64,000 bases of DNA. Source: an uncultured bacterium (lineage in GTDB: Bacteria > Oederibacteriota > PGYV01 > CAWJRG01). The stretch lies in contig CAWJRG010000010.1 of assembly GCA_963845185.1 (NCBI GenBank), positions 288,001 through 352,000 on the forward strand, given 5' to 3'. The translations under genes were made by a program, and so were the position numbers. Positions 10,362-19,604 of this stretch are shown here, in pieces. Under the pieces are notes generated by a model. That model did not search any database. It was not told where the DNA came from and saw only the letters and a list, made by a program, of their open reading frames with translations. Each line of letters opens with the position of its first letter. The stretch's first letter is position 1.

Positions 10362-11302
10362 TGCTTCTCCTCCCCAGCTTCATCCATTAACAAAACAAGC
10401 GAACCTAAAATCATGTACGTTTCTATTACGCATAAATTAATATCTGTTTCTTTAAGATCGTTATGCGTTCCTTTCGAAAGTATATTATGGAGAAAAATTA
10501 CTCTACTATCTAAATCGGATACCCTTGCCATTAATAATTTTGCTTTATCGTCTTTTGCTTTTTGATCAATAAATGCAATAATTCTATTCTTATATTTATC
10601 ATCTGTTACATCAATTTCTGTCCCGTCATTACGAACAAATTTTTCTTTTCTAGCAGGAAATACCACATTTGCAAAAGCTTTAATTATATTTCGACATGTT
10701 GATAAGGCCTGCGACCATTCTTCAGGATTTGTTGAAGGAAGTCTGTCATATACAGCAATAAATTTGTCTATAATATCCGGAGAAATTTCCTGAAGTTTCT
10801 TATTAACATCTTTTTGCATTTTGATAAATATATCTTCAAGTATTTTTCCAAATTTATATTTGTGATTTATCCTCACAACATAAATATAAATATGTGATCG
10901 TATTTTTGCTAATAATCCCTTATTTTTCTTAATTCTTGCAGCAAGATGATTTCCCTTTGAATCCTTATATGAAATTTGATCTGTTTCTATTTCACTTTCT
11001 ATTTCCGGCACCGAATCAGTCCAATATTGATATATTTCTTTTCCCGCATTATCTTTTGTCTTTATATACCTTCCTGACCATCCAGCAAATGCTTGTAATT
11101 TATCATCTTTTATATCGGTAACATTCTGTTCTTGATAACCCATAAGTTCTGCAGCAAACCATTTTTCCGCCTCTTTATCATTTGTTAATCTTGCCAATTT
11201 TTGACACTTAAATAGAATCTTCTCAAAAGCTATTCTGTCCATTTCAAAATCTGAAATAATTTCTTCAGATAAATCTATTATGTTTTTATCTCGTTCGCTC
11301 AT
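10358..11302 (-). CDS. AbiTii-like N-terminal domain protein with a helical, possibly HEPN-like C-terminus
   Basis: ILFKCQKLARLTND..EKWFAAELMGY resembles AbiTii; C-terminus has WSQALSTCR and LSKGTH. Confidence 0.7.
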   Translation of the reverse strand: MSERDKNIIDLSEEIISDFEMDRIAFEKILFKCQKLARLTNDKEAEKWFAAELMGYQEQNVTDIKDDKLQAFAGWSGRYIKTKDNAGKEIYQYWTDSVPEIESEIETDQISYKDSKGNHLAARIKKNKGLLAKIRSHIYIYVVRINHKYKFGKILEDIFIKMQKDVNKKLQEISPDIIDKFIAVYDRLPSTNPEEWSQALSTCRNIIKAFANVVFPARKEKFVRNDGTEIDVTDDKYKNRIIAFIDQKAKDDKAKLLMARVSDLDSRVIFLHNILSKGTHNDLKETDINLCVIETYMILGSLVLLMDEAGEEKQ

Positions 11303-11316
11303 AAACTCACCTCACA

Positions 11317-13104
11317 TTATTTTATCTCATTTAAATATCCTTCTATTTTCTTTTCCTTTAAAGTCAGTTCTTTCTCCAGTCCTTTTATCTCTTTCCAGAC
11401 CTTATCCGTATCAATATCCTCGATTTCCTCTTCTTTAGAGCAGTACATGGTTACATTAAGCGACCAGCCATTGTTTTCAATTTCCGATATACTCACAACA
11501 CGGGAAACGCCTTTTTTGCCCCTGTAACCGTCGTTATTTATAAATTCCCCGTAATAACCTTTGATTTCTTCAATATTTTTATCAGCAATAATATTTAATT
11601 TCCTGACATCGGGATGTTTTTCAAATAATCCGGAAGCGTTAATAAACAAAACCTTATTTTTCATCTCTTCTTTACGTTTTTTGTTTATAATGATTACACC
11701 GCCCGGCGCGCCCGTGTTATAAAAAAGCTTTTCAGGCAGCAGCATGACGCATTCGATAAGCCCTTTTGTTAAAACCGCCTGCCTTATATTTCCTTCTTTC
11801 CCGCTTCGGAACATTGCGCCGTTATCTATCACTATACCCGCCCTTCCTTTTTTATCGTCAAGGCTTGCGATTACATGCTGTATCCATGCCCAGTCAGCGG
11901 ACTGGTTGGGCGTAAAACCGTAGGTAAACCTTTCTTTTACAAAATTTCCTTTTTTAAGGTTTTCTTCGGGATACCCGTCCTGGTTCCACGGCGGGTTCAC
12001 AAGGACAATGTCGAATGTTTTTAGTTTTCCTTTGTCCTCGAACTTCGGATATTTAAGGCTGTCGCTTAATTTCAAAACATCCTGCTTTATGCCGTGAATG
12101 TACAGGTTCATCTGCGCGAGCGCGACTGACTGGGCGTTTGCCTCCTCACCGTACAGGGAAAGGGTCTTTGCTTTTCCTGGCCCTTCCTTTTCAGTCACGT
12201 ATTTATATGCCTGCAACAGCATATTTGCCGCGCCGCAGGCCGGGTCATAAACATTCTCGCCTGATTTTGGTTTTGTTATTTCCACAAGAAGCCTTATCAC
12301 TTCTTTTGGCGTGTACACCTCGCCTTCCTTTGCCTTTTGCGGCGCGAAATACCTGATTATCCATTCATAAGAGTCTCCAAGCACGTCGTCGGAAACGTTT
12401 GAAAGCCGTTTTTCGCTGAACAGCTCGACAAGCTGCCTTAACAGCTCGGAATTTTCCTTGTTCCCGGAAAACTGGATAAAGGAAGTCTGTGATACTATTT
12501 CTTTTATCTTAGGGTTATGGTCGCCGATCTCCTTCAATATTTCCGACAACCCTTCGGGCAAATGGGACACATCGTTTCTTATGTTGTCCCAGAAATTCAT
12601 ATTGACACCCAGGTATTTGTCGGGCACGATAAAGTCATGATACGCTTCGTTCATGGCTTCTTTCTTTGCCTGGTTCTCCGAATACCCGTCTGCTTTTGCT
12701 TTTTCATATTCGTCTTCAAATTCCTTCTGCCACTTATCGCTTATCCTTTTTAAAAACAAAAGCACGAGAATAAACTTATAATCAACCCTTGTGCGTATAA
12801 GGTCCGCCGCGCGTTTTAAAATCTTTTCTATGTCATCCCTTGTCAATTCCTTGCTTTCGGAAAGCATTGGTTTCACCCCGTCGCCGCATTCCAGGAGCCT
12901 GTATATTTTTCTTCTGGCATTTTCCGGGTCTTTCACCACCTCAAGGCACTTATCCTTGCTGATGGAGGAAAGAATTGTCAATACCTGCTTTTCTTCGTCT
13001 CCATATGTGTCTTTAAGAATCCTGGCGGCATTCTCAAACCTGAACTTTCCTTCTCCCAGTTTATCCTTTAATATCTGGTATCTCTTTCTAACCCATTTAT
13101 CCAT
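11317..13104 (-). CDS. hsdM: Type I restriction-modification methyltransferase subunit M with N-terminal extension
   Basis: GEVYTP, VYDPACG, NPPW, ADWAWIQH, LPEKLFYNTG. Confidence 0.95.
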   Translation of the reverse strand: MDKWVRKRYQILKDKLGEGKFRFENAARILKDTYGDEEKQVLTILSSISKDKCLEVVKDPENARRKIYRLLECGDGVKPMLSESKELTRDDIEKILKRAADLIRTRVDYKFILVLLFLKRISDKWQKEFEDEYEKAKADGYSENQAKKEAMNEAYHDFIVPDKYLGVNMNFWDNIRNDVSHLPEGLSEILKEIGDHNPKIKEIVSQTSFIQFSGNKENSELLRQLVELFSEKRLSNVSDDVLGDSYEWIIRYFAPQKAKEGEVYTPKEVIRLLVEITKPKSGENVYDPACGAANMLLQAYKYVTEKEGPGKAKTLSLYGEEANAQSVALAQMNLYIHGIKQDVLKLSDSLKYPKFEDKGKLKTFDIVLVNPPWNQDGYPEENLKKGNFVKERFTYGFTPNQSADWAWIQHVIASLDDKKGRAGIVIDNGAMFRSGKEGNIRQAVLTKGLIECVMLLPEKLFYNTGAPGGVIIINKKRKEEMKNKVLFINASGLFEKHPDVRKLNIIADKNIEEIKGYYGEFINNDGYRGKKGVSRVVSISEIENNGWSLNVTMYCSKEEEIEDIDTDKVWKEIKGLEKELTLKEKKIEGYLNEIK

Positions 13105-13188
13105 GCTTTCCTCCTGATATACAAGTAATCAACCAAATAGGTTGTATATTCCCGAAACTCAAAAAAAAAGACCTTTTTACTTATTCTA

Positions 13189-13217
13189 ATTATAACGGCT
13201 GGATGCAAAAAAGTCAA
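13189..13217 (-). promoter_or_regulatory. Sigma70-type promoter of the hsd operon
   Basis: TTGACT-17 nt-TATAAT. Confidence 0.7.
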
Positions 13218-13301
13218 GCTCCTTTCAGCTATCGGCTGCTCCCCTGCATCAGGAATATCCTAGAAATTTCAGGAAGAACCTATAAATTCCACTTAACACC
13301 C

Positions 13302-14144
13302 TTACTCTCCTGCCACAAGATAATCCCCAGCGTGGTACGAGCTCCGGACATAAGGCCCGCTTTCGACGTGCAGGAACCCCATATCAAGCGCGATATTTTT
13401 ATATTCTTCAAATTTCTCCGGCTTAATAAACTCAACAACCTCGTAATTCTGGTTTCCAGGCCTCAGGTACTGACCTATGCTTAAAAATTCGCATCCCGCT
13501 TTCCTCAAATCGCTGAAAACCCCTTTAACTTCGTCATGCTTTTCACCCAGGCCGAGCATTATGCCCGATTTTGTGAATATATTCGGTGTTTTCCTGGCAA
13601 AAGCCAGCACTTGGAGGCTCTTTCCATAATCAGCGCCCTTCCTTATATTATATAAAGAAGGCACAACCTCAAGATTGTGGCCGAAAATCTCGGGCTTCGC
13701 GTCAAGGACCTTCTGTATCGCTCTAAAATCACCTTTAAAATCCGGGGCAAGTACTTCTACTTTAATGGCTATATTGTGCTCTTTGATCAGTTTTATCGTC
13801 TGCGCGAAGATTTCTGCCCCGCCATCCTCCATATCGTCCCTTGTGACGGAAGTTATCACAACATATCTTAATTTCATCCTTTTTACAGCTTCAAGCACCC
13901 TTTTTGGTTCATCTTTATCAATTGGCTTTGGCGTGCCCTTTTTTACACTGCAAAAACCGCACTGCCTTGTGCACGTGTCTCCGAGTATTAAAAAAGTCGC
14001 GGTGCTGTTGTGGAAGCACTCCGAGATATTCGGGCACCTTGCCTGGTGGCAGACAGTATGCAGGCCCAGGTCCTTCATGTAATCGTCAGTGCCCGCGATC
14101 TTTTTAAAATCTATTTTCTTGTTGAGCCAGTTTGGTTTTCTCAT
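13302..14144 (-). CDS. lipA: Lipoyl synthase
   Basis: TVCHQARCPNISEC, CTRQCGFC, VRSSYHA. Confidence 0.96.
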   Translation of the reverse strand: MRKPNWLNKKIDFKKIAGTDDYMKDLGLHTVCHQARCPNISECFHNSTATFLILGDTCTRQCGFCSVKKGTPKPIDKDEPKRVLEAVKRMKLRYVVITSVTRDDMEDGGAEIFAQTIKLIKEHNIAIKVEVLAPDFKGDFRAIQKVLDAKPEIFGHNLEVVPSLYNIRKGADYGKSLQVLAFARKTPNIFTKSGIMLGLGEKHDEVKGVFSDLRKAGCEFLSIGQYLRPGNQNYEVVEFIKPEKFEEYKNIALDMGFLHVESGPYVRSSYHAGDYLVAGE

Positions 14145-14148
14145 GATA

Positions 14149-14985
14149 TTATTCGCCTTCCATCGTCAGGGCAGGCTCATTCTGCCCGTCGGCCGTATTT
14201 TTCAGGTTCCATTCGTCTTTTGAATATTTCTCATCTATTAATCTTTTTATTGTATTTCTTTCATCAACTGTCAAATCCTGTTCTTTCAGGCCGAACCTGA
14301 ATGTGCGGTCAAAAGCCGCGATAAATCTTTCTACAATTTCGAAAACCATGATTTGTTTGTTTGTGAATTCATTAAGCGCACCGAAATTGGCGTAATTAAT
14401 ATCGGCGTTGAAATATTTTGATATTTTTCCACTGTTTATCGAAAGAGGTATTGACCCGTGCTGAAAAATCAATCCCTTTTTCCTTGCCTGCGCATTTCCG
14501 CCTATTTTCTTGTTTGCAATGATTATGTCGTATTCTTCCTTGCCTGAAAAACAAAACCCAGGCCGTTCCTCGGGCCTCGTGTAACTGATAACATCTTTCG
14601 CGTATCCGGGTTCCAGTCCGAAATCCTGGTATAATTTCATGATAAAAGAATTCAGCCTTTCAAAAGATTTTTTTACAGGCGCTTTTTTACATCTTATATC
14701 CTCTTCAGAACATATGATACAGTAAGTAAGTTCATCATCATGCAGTATCGCTCCGCCCCCGGTCATCCTCCTGACAATTGCAACATTATCGTTCCTGCAT
14801 TTTTCAACGCTTACGTCCCTTCCTGCGTCCTGGTATTTCCCGACGGATATCCCCGCAGGCTGCCATGAATAAAGCCTGAGGATCGGCGTTTTATTCAGCT
14901 TATAAAATTCAAACAATGACTCGTCTATGGCCATGTTTTCAAAAGCATGGTATGCTTTATACGGTATGTAACGCCAGGATTTCAT
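14149..14985 (-). CDS. Lipoate-protein ligase / octanoyltransferase (LipM/LplA family)
   Basis: NMAIDE, LRLYSW, RRMTGGGAILH, KIGGNAQ, QHGS. Confidence 0.9.
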   Translation of the reverse strand: MKSWRYIPYKAYHAFENMAIDESLFEFYKLNKTPILRLYSWQPAGISVGKYQDAGRDVSVEKCRNDNVAIVRRMTGGGAILHDDELTYCIICSEEDIRCKKAPVKKSFERLNSFIMKLYQDFGLEPGYAKDVISYTRPEERPGFCFSGKEEYDIIIANKKIGGNAQARKKGLIFQHGSIPLSINSGKISKYFNADINYANFGALNEFTNKQIMVFEIVERFIAAFDRTFRFGLKEQDLTVDERNTIKRLIDEKYSKDEWNLKNTADGQNEPALTMEGE

Positions 14986-15020
14986 TTATTTTATCTCCCC
15001 GTTTCCTGCTGTATATATTT

Positions 15021-15048
15021 GTTGAGACGTTTTGCAAAGCGTCTCAAC
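15021..15048. repeat. REP-like palindrome (GTTGAGACG..CGTCTCAAC)
   Basis: Variant of the GTAGAGAC palindromes at 54126/55771 and 56503. Confidence 0.65.
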
Positions 15049-15055
15049 TTTTAAA

Positions 15056-16495
15056 TTATTCACAAATAATTTTTACTTCTTTAGCCGCTTTTGTTTCGTC
15101 CGGCCTTGATATCTCGGTCATCATTGGCGCGGACTTGATTTTTTCCGGGTCTTTCTCGGCTAGCCCGGCTATTTCTATCATTGCTGAAATAAATTCATCC
15201 AGGGTTTCTTTTGACTCTGTTTCCGTAGGCTCAATCATTATTGCTTCTTCCACCACCAGCGGGAAATATATTGTCGGCGGGTGTATGCCGCGGTCTATCA
15301 GCGCTTTTGCTATGTCAACGGCGTGTACCCCGTTTTTTGCCTGGTTTTTAGCTGAAAACACGCATTCATGCATGCATGTTTTGTCATAAGGCAAATAATA
15401 ATATTTTTTCAATTTTTCTTTAACATAATTCGCGTTTAAAACTGCTTTCTCAGCTACGTCAATCAGGCCTTCCTTCCCGAGCATTAAAATATAAGCGTAA
15501 GCCTTGAGCATGACTCCGAAATTCCCGAAAAACGAAGCCACTGCTCCTATTGTGTCCTCTTTATGTATAATTGCCTTGTACTGGTTGTCCATTCCGCGTT
15601 CCACGATTGGCGTCGGTAGCAATCCGGAAATTTTCTCTGATACTCCCACAACGCCCGAACCCGGGCCACCGCCTCCGTGAGGTGTTGAAAAAGTCTTGTG
15701 CAAATTTATGTGAATTATGTCAAAACCTATGTCCCCGGGCCTTACTTTGCCAAGAATTGCGTTTAAATTCGCGCCGTCGTAATACATGAGCGCGTCGTAC
15801 TTGTGTGATATATCTATTATTTCCTTTACCCTTTTATGGAAAATCCCGACCGTATTCGGCATGGTCATCATTACGCCTGCGACCTCGTCGTTCATCTTTT
15901 TCTTGAACAGGTCAAGGTCCATCTCGCCCTCGCTGTCTACAGGCACTGATATTACAGTGTAACCGCCCATTGCAGCGCTCGCAGGGTTTGTGCCGTGCGC
16001 CGAGTCCGGTACTATTACGTATTTTTTCTTATTGCCCTTGTTTTTATGGTAAGCAGCCATTAAAAGTATGCCTGTTAATTCGCCGTGTGCGCCGGCATAT
16101 GGCTGTGTAGTGAACTTTTTCATGCCTGTTATCTCTGAAAGCAAAAAGGACAGATTATAAACAACCTCCAGCGCTCCCTGGGCCGACTTTTCGTCTATAT
16201 ACGCGAGGTATGGATGCAAATCAGTAAACCCGGGCAGCACGCTGACTGCCTCGTTTATCTTGGGATTATATTTCATGGTGCATGAGCCCAGCGGATAAAA
16301 ATGCGTGTCGACCGAGAAATTTTTACGCGATAAATTTATATAATGCCTTATTACGTCAAGTTCCGAAAGTTCGGGCAAATCAGCGTCAATACTGCTTAAA
16401 TATTTAGCGTCTATTTTTTTGATTGTATCCGGATCCGCTTTCCCCGCGTCAACGCCTTTTCTTCCTTTTACGCTCTTCTCAAAAATCAGCTTCAT
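15056..16495 (-). CDS. gcvPB: Glycine dehydrogenase (decarboxylating) subunit 2
   Basis: PLGSCTMKYNP, AGAHGE, NLHKTFSTPHGGGGPG, IEPTETES. Confidence 0.97.
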   Translation of the reverse strand: MKLIFEKSVKGRKGVDAGKADPDTIKKIDAKYLSSIDADLPELSELDVIRHYINLSRKNFSVDTHFYPLGSCTMKYNPKINEAVSVLPGFTDLHPYLAYIDEKSAQGALEVVYNLSFLLSEITGMKKFTTQPYAGAHGELTGILLMAAYHKNKGNKKKYVIVPDSAHGTNPASAAMGGYTVISVPVDSEGEMDLDLFKKKMNDEVAGVMMTMPNTVGIFHKRVKEIIDISHKYDALMYYDGANLNAILGKVRPGDIGFDIIHINLHKTFSTPHGGGGPGSGVVGVSEKISGLLPTPIVERGMDNQYKAIIHKEDTIGAVASFFGNFGVMLKAYAYILMLGKEGLIDVAEKAVLNANYVKEKLKKYYYLPYDKTCMHECVFSAKNQAKNGVHAVDIAKALIDRGIHPPTIYFPLVVEEAIMIEPTETESKETLDEFISAMIEIAGLAEKDPEKIKSAPMMTEISRPDETKAAKEVKIICE

Positions 16496-17823
16496 AGACT
16501 CTCCCTCACTGCTTTTGCAAAAAGGTTCATCTCGTTTTCCGTGCGTTTCTCTGTAACCGCGACAATAAGGTAATTGTCTTTGTTGTCGTAAAAAAGCGAG
16601 GCAGGCAGGCCTGCGCTGAATCCTCGGCTCAACATTTTCTTGGTAAAATCCTCTGCCTTGACAGGCAGTTTTATCGTGAATTCGTTGAAAGTCTGGCCTG
16701 ATTTCACCTCGATATTTTTTATTTGCATAAGTTTTTCTTTCAGATATCCGGCTTTTTCAAGGTTTATCAACGCGAGGTTCCTGAATCCGTCTTTACCGAG
16801 CAGGGAAAGGTATACTGCTGCACGTAAAGCGCAAAGTGCCTGGTTTGAGCATATGTTTGAAGTGGCTTTTTCCCTGCGTATGTGCTGCTCCCTTGCCTGT
16901 AAAGTCAGGACAAAACATCTTTTGCCGTTTTTATCGACCGTTTCCCCTGCTATCCTGCCCGGCATTTTCCTTGCGAATTTTTTGTCTGCTGTCATTATAC
17001 CGAGGTACGGCCCTCCGAAAGAAAGCGGCATGCCGAGCGACTGACCGTCTGCCACTGCAATGTCTGCTTTCATTTCTCCTGGCTTTTTAAGCAAGCCAAG
17101 GGATATAGGATAAAAAACAAGTATATTAAGAGCGCCTTTTGACGTTGAGTATTCAAAAATATCACTGTAATCGTCAACCACTCCAAAAAAATTCGGGTTC
17201 TGCATTATTACGGCCGCAGTATTGTCGTCTATAAGCGAATTTATTTTTTTTCTGTCAGAGCTTATGTCGCTTAAATCAGCTTCGACTATCTCGACATCGA
17301 GGTTTATTGTGTATGTATATAGTATCCTTGTATATAAAGGGTTTACTCCCTTATCTATTACGACTTTGCTTTTATTTGTTATCCTTATTGCCATTGCCAT
17401 TGCCTCGTATAAGGCAGTGCCGCCGTCGTACAAGGAAGCGTTTGCCGCGCCTAACCCGGTCAGCCGCGCCATCATTGTCTGGTACTCGAATATCGCCTGT
17501 AATGTGCCCTGGGAAGCTTCCGGCTGGTAAGGCGTGTATGCAGTGTAAAACTCAGAGCGCGAAGATACGCTGTCAACCGCAGCAGGTATAAAATGGTCAT
17601 AATATCCCCCGCCTAAAAAATTCACGTAATCTATCCTGTTTTTATCAGCAAGCGTTTTAAAAACTTTCATTGTTTCATATTCAGTCATGCCTGCCGGGAT
17701 GTTGAATGATTTTGGGGAAAATTCTCCGGGTATGTCCTTAAATAAATCGGAAACAGACCCAATGCCTATGCCCGAAAGCATTTCCTTTACTTCTTTTTCA
17801 GTGTGAGGCGTGAATGTTGCCAT
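16492..17823 (-). CDS. gcvPA: Glycine dehydrogenase (decarboxylating) subunit 1
   Basis: YTAYTPYQPEASQG, REQHIRREKATSNICSNQ. Confidence 0.97.
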   Translation of the reverse strand: MATFTPHTEKEVKEMLSGIGIGSVSDLFKDIPGEFSPKSFNIPAGMTEYETMKVFKTLADKNRIDYVNFLGGGYYDHFIPAAVDSVSSRSEFYTAYTPYQPEASQGTLQAIFEYQTMMARLTGLGAANASLYDGGTALYEAMAMAIRITNKSKVVIDKGVNPLYTRILYTYTINLDVEIVEADLSDISSDRKKINSLIDDNTAAVIMQNPNFFGVVDDYSDIFEYSTSKGALNILVFYPISLGLLKKPGEMKADIAVADGQSLGMPLSFGGPYLGIMTADKKFARKMPGRIAGETVDKNGKRCFVLTLQAREQHIRREKATSNICSNQALCALRAAVYLSLLGKDGFRNLALINLEKAGYLKEKLMQIKNIEVKSGQTFNEFTIKLPVKAEDFTKKMLSRGFSAGLPASLFYDNKDNYLIVAVTEKRTENEMNLFAKAVRESL

Positions 17824-17824
17824 T

Positions 17825-18211
17825 TTATTCAAGGCCTTCTATGTATTTTTTGTACGCCGTTGTATCCATCAGGTTCTTGGTTTCAGCCGCGTCCTTTACT
17901 TCAATCTCTGCTATCCATCCGGCTGTATAAGGTTCTTTGTTTATAAGCTCGGGTGTAGCGTCAAGGCCGCTGTTTATTGCCACAACCTTGCCGGATAAAG
18001 GCGAATAAACGTCGCTTGCCGCTTTGACCGACTCCACTCCTGTCAAAACCTCGGATTGTTTCACCTGCTTGCCTGTGGCCGGCAGCTCGACAAAAGTAAT
18101 ATCTCCTAATTTATGCTGGGCATAATCAGTAATGCCGATTTTTGCTTTTGCACCTTCTATTTTTGCCCATTCATGTTCCTTTGTGAAATAGTAATTGTCA
18201 GGTACGTTCAT
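17825..18211 (-). CDS. gcvH: Glycine cleavage system H protein
   Basis: HEW, GITDYAQ, VESVKAASD lipoyl-lysine motif. Confidence 0.97.
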   Translation of the reverse strand: MNVPDNYYFTKEHEWAKIEGAKAKIGITDYAQHKLGDITFVELPATGKQVKQSEVLTGVESVKAASDVYSPLSGKVVAINSGLDATPELINKEPYTAGWIAEIEVKDAAETKNLMDTTAYKKYIEGLE

Positions 18212-18221
18212 TTTAAGCCTC

Positions 18222-18392
18222 CTAGCAAGAGTTTATTTTGCAAACCGTCAACAGGTGCAGCAAAATATTACTCTTGCTAGCACCCGTTCAAGTCCGAGGC
18301 CGTCAGGCCGAGAGTTAAATAGTCCTGTGGACTATTTAACGGGTAGCTTCCATAAGTTGGTATAATATAAAACTACCCACAAGTGGTGCTGG
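18222..18392 (+). repeat. Modular hairpin repeat, copy B (with nested 65-bp sub-module 18314-18378)
   Basis: Shares both hairpins with the 40196, 41025, 42155 and 62369 copies. Confidence 0.85.
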
Positions 18393-18398
18393 ATATAT

Positions 18399-19493
18399 TC
18401 ATTCGTTATTTTTTATTGAAGTATTCTTTATAAAAGGCGGCGCTGTCACGATTGCCTCAGCCGCGCCCCTTTCTAGTTCGATTGTCAATTTGCCAGCCTC
18501 CTGGGAATATTCCCTATCAACGTAGGCAAATGCTATTCCTTTATTAAGATGCGGCGAAAATACCCCGCTTGTAACAAATCCTTTTTCCCTGCCGTCCACC
18601 ATTATTTTGTTCAAGTGCCTCGGCGTCCTCCTGCCATCCACTGCCAGCCCCACAAGTTTTCTTTTTATGCCTGCTGATTTTTGTGCAAGTAACGCCTGCC
18701 TGCCTGTAAATTCTTTTTCAAAATCAAGGAACCTTTCCATGCCGGCGTCAAGCGGTGTGGTCTCTTCAGTTAACTCATCGCCGTATAAAGGATAGCCTGC
18801 CTCAAGCCTGAGAATGTCCCTTGCGCCAAGGCCAGCCGGTTTTACGTCAGGGTCTTTAAGCATGAGCCTCCACAAATCAATGCCCTTGCTTATATCCACG
18901 TAAACTTCAAACCCCAGCTCGCCCGTATACCCTGTCCTGCTTATTATGTACTTACCACCCAGCATGTCGAATAAATCAAAAGCATAATATTTAAGTTTTT
19001 TAATGTTGTCTCCTGCTATTTTTTTCATGGCAGACATTGCGAGCGGTCCCTGTAAATCAAGTTTGACCGTCCTTGCGGAAATATTCTCAAAAGAAGCGTT
19101 TTTCGAAAGCCCCTTGCTTATTATCTCCGCGTCCCGCTGCTCGTTTGAAGCATTTACTACTATCATCCACTCGTCGTCTTTTTTCCTGTAAATTATTAGA
19201 TCGTCTATTATCGTGCCGTTTGGATTCAGGAGGAATCCGTACCTGCATATATTATTTTTCATTTTAACTAACGGGTTTGTTATTATTTTATCGAGCGACG
19301 ATTTAGTAGGGTCTTCCTTTATCAGGAATTCACCCATGTGGCATATGTCGAATACTGAAGCTTTTGTCCGGGTATGTTTTGATTCTTCGATTATGCTTCC
19401 ATAGTGGATTGGCATGTTCCAGTCTGCAAAAGGAGCCATAAGTGCATTTAATTTTAAGTGTTCTTCGTAAAGTATTGTATTTTTATAGTCCAT
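18399..19493 (-). CDS. gcvT: Glycine cleavage aminomethyltransferase T
   Basis: FDICHMGE, SRTGYTGE, GLGARDILRLEAG. Confidence 0.96.
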   Translation of the reverse strand: MDYKNTILYEEHLKLNALMAPFADWNMPIHYGSIIEESKHTRTKASVFDICHMGEFLIKEDPTKSSLDKIITNPLVKMKNNICRYGFLLNPNGTIIDDLIIYRKKDDEWMIVVNASNEQRDAEIISKGLSKNASFENISARTVKLDLQGPLAMSAMKKIAGDNIKKLKYYAFDLFDMLGGKYIISRTGYTGELGFEVYVDISKGIDLWRLMLKDPDVKPAGLGARDILRLEAGYPLYGDELTEETTPLDAGMERFLDFEKEFTGRQALLAQKSAGIKRKLVGLAVDGRRTPRHLNKIMVDGREKGFVTSGVFSPHLNKGIAFAYVDREYSQEAGKLTIELERGAAEAIVTAPPFIKNTSIKNNE

Positions 19494-19604
19494 TATTATT
19501 ATCCTTTAATTGTGGGAACAAACTTAATCTAATGATAAAATTTCGAATCATTTTATAATAAAATCATTGAATACGTCAAGGGCATATATTTTTTTGTAAT
19601 TACC

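Noticed and set aside
18212..19600. Glycine riboswitch in the gcv operon
   Set aside because: The gcvT leader is short and AT-rich with no aptamer motifs; the structured gcvT-gcvH spacer is a copy of the dispersed repeat family.
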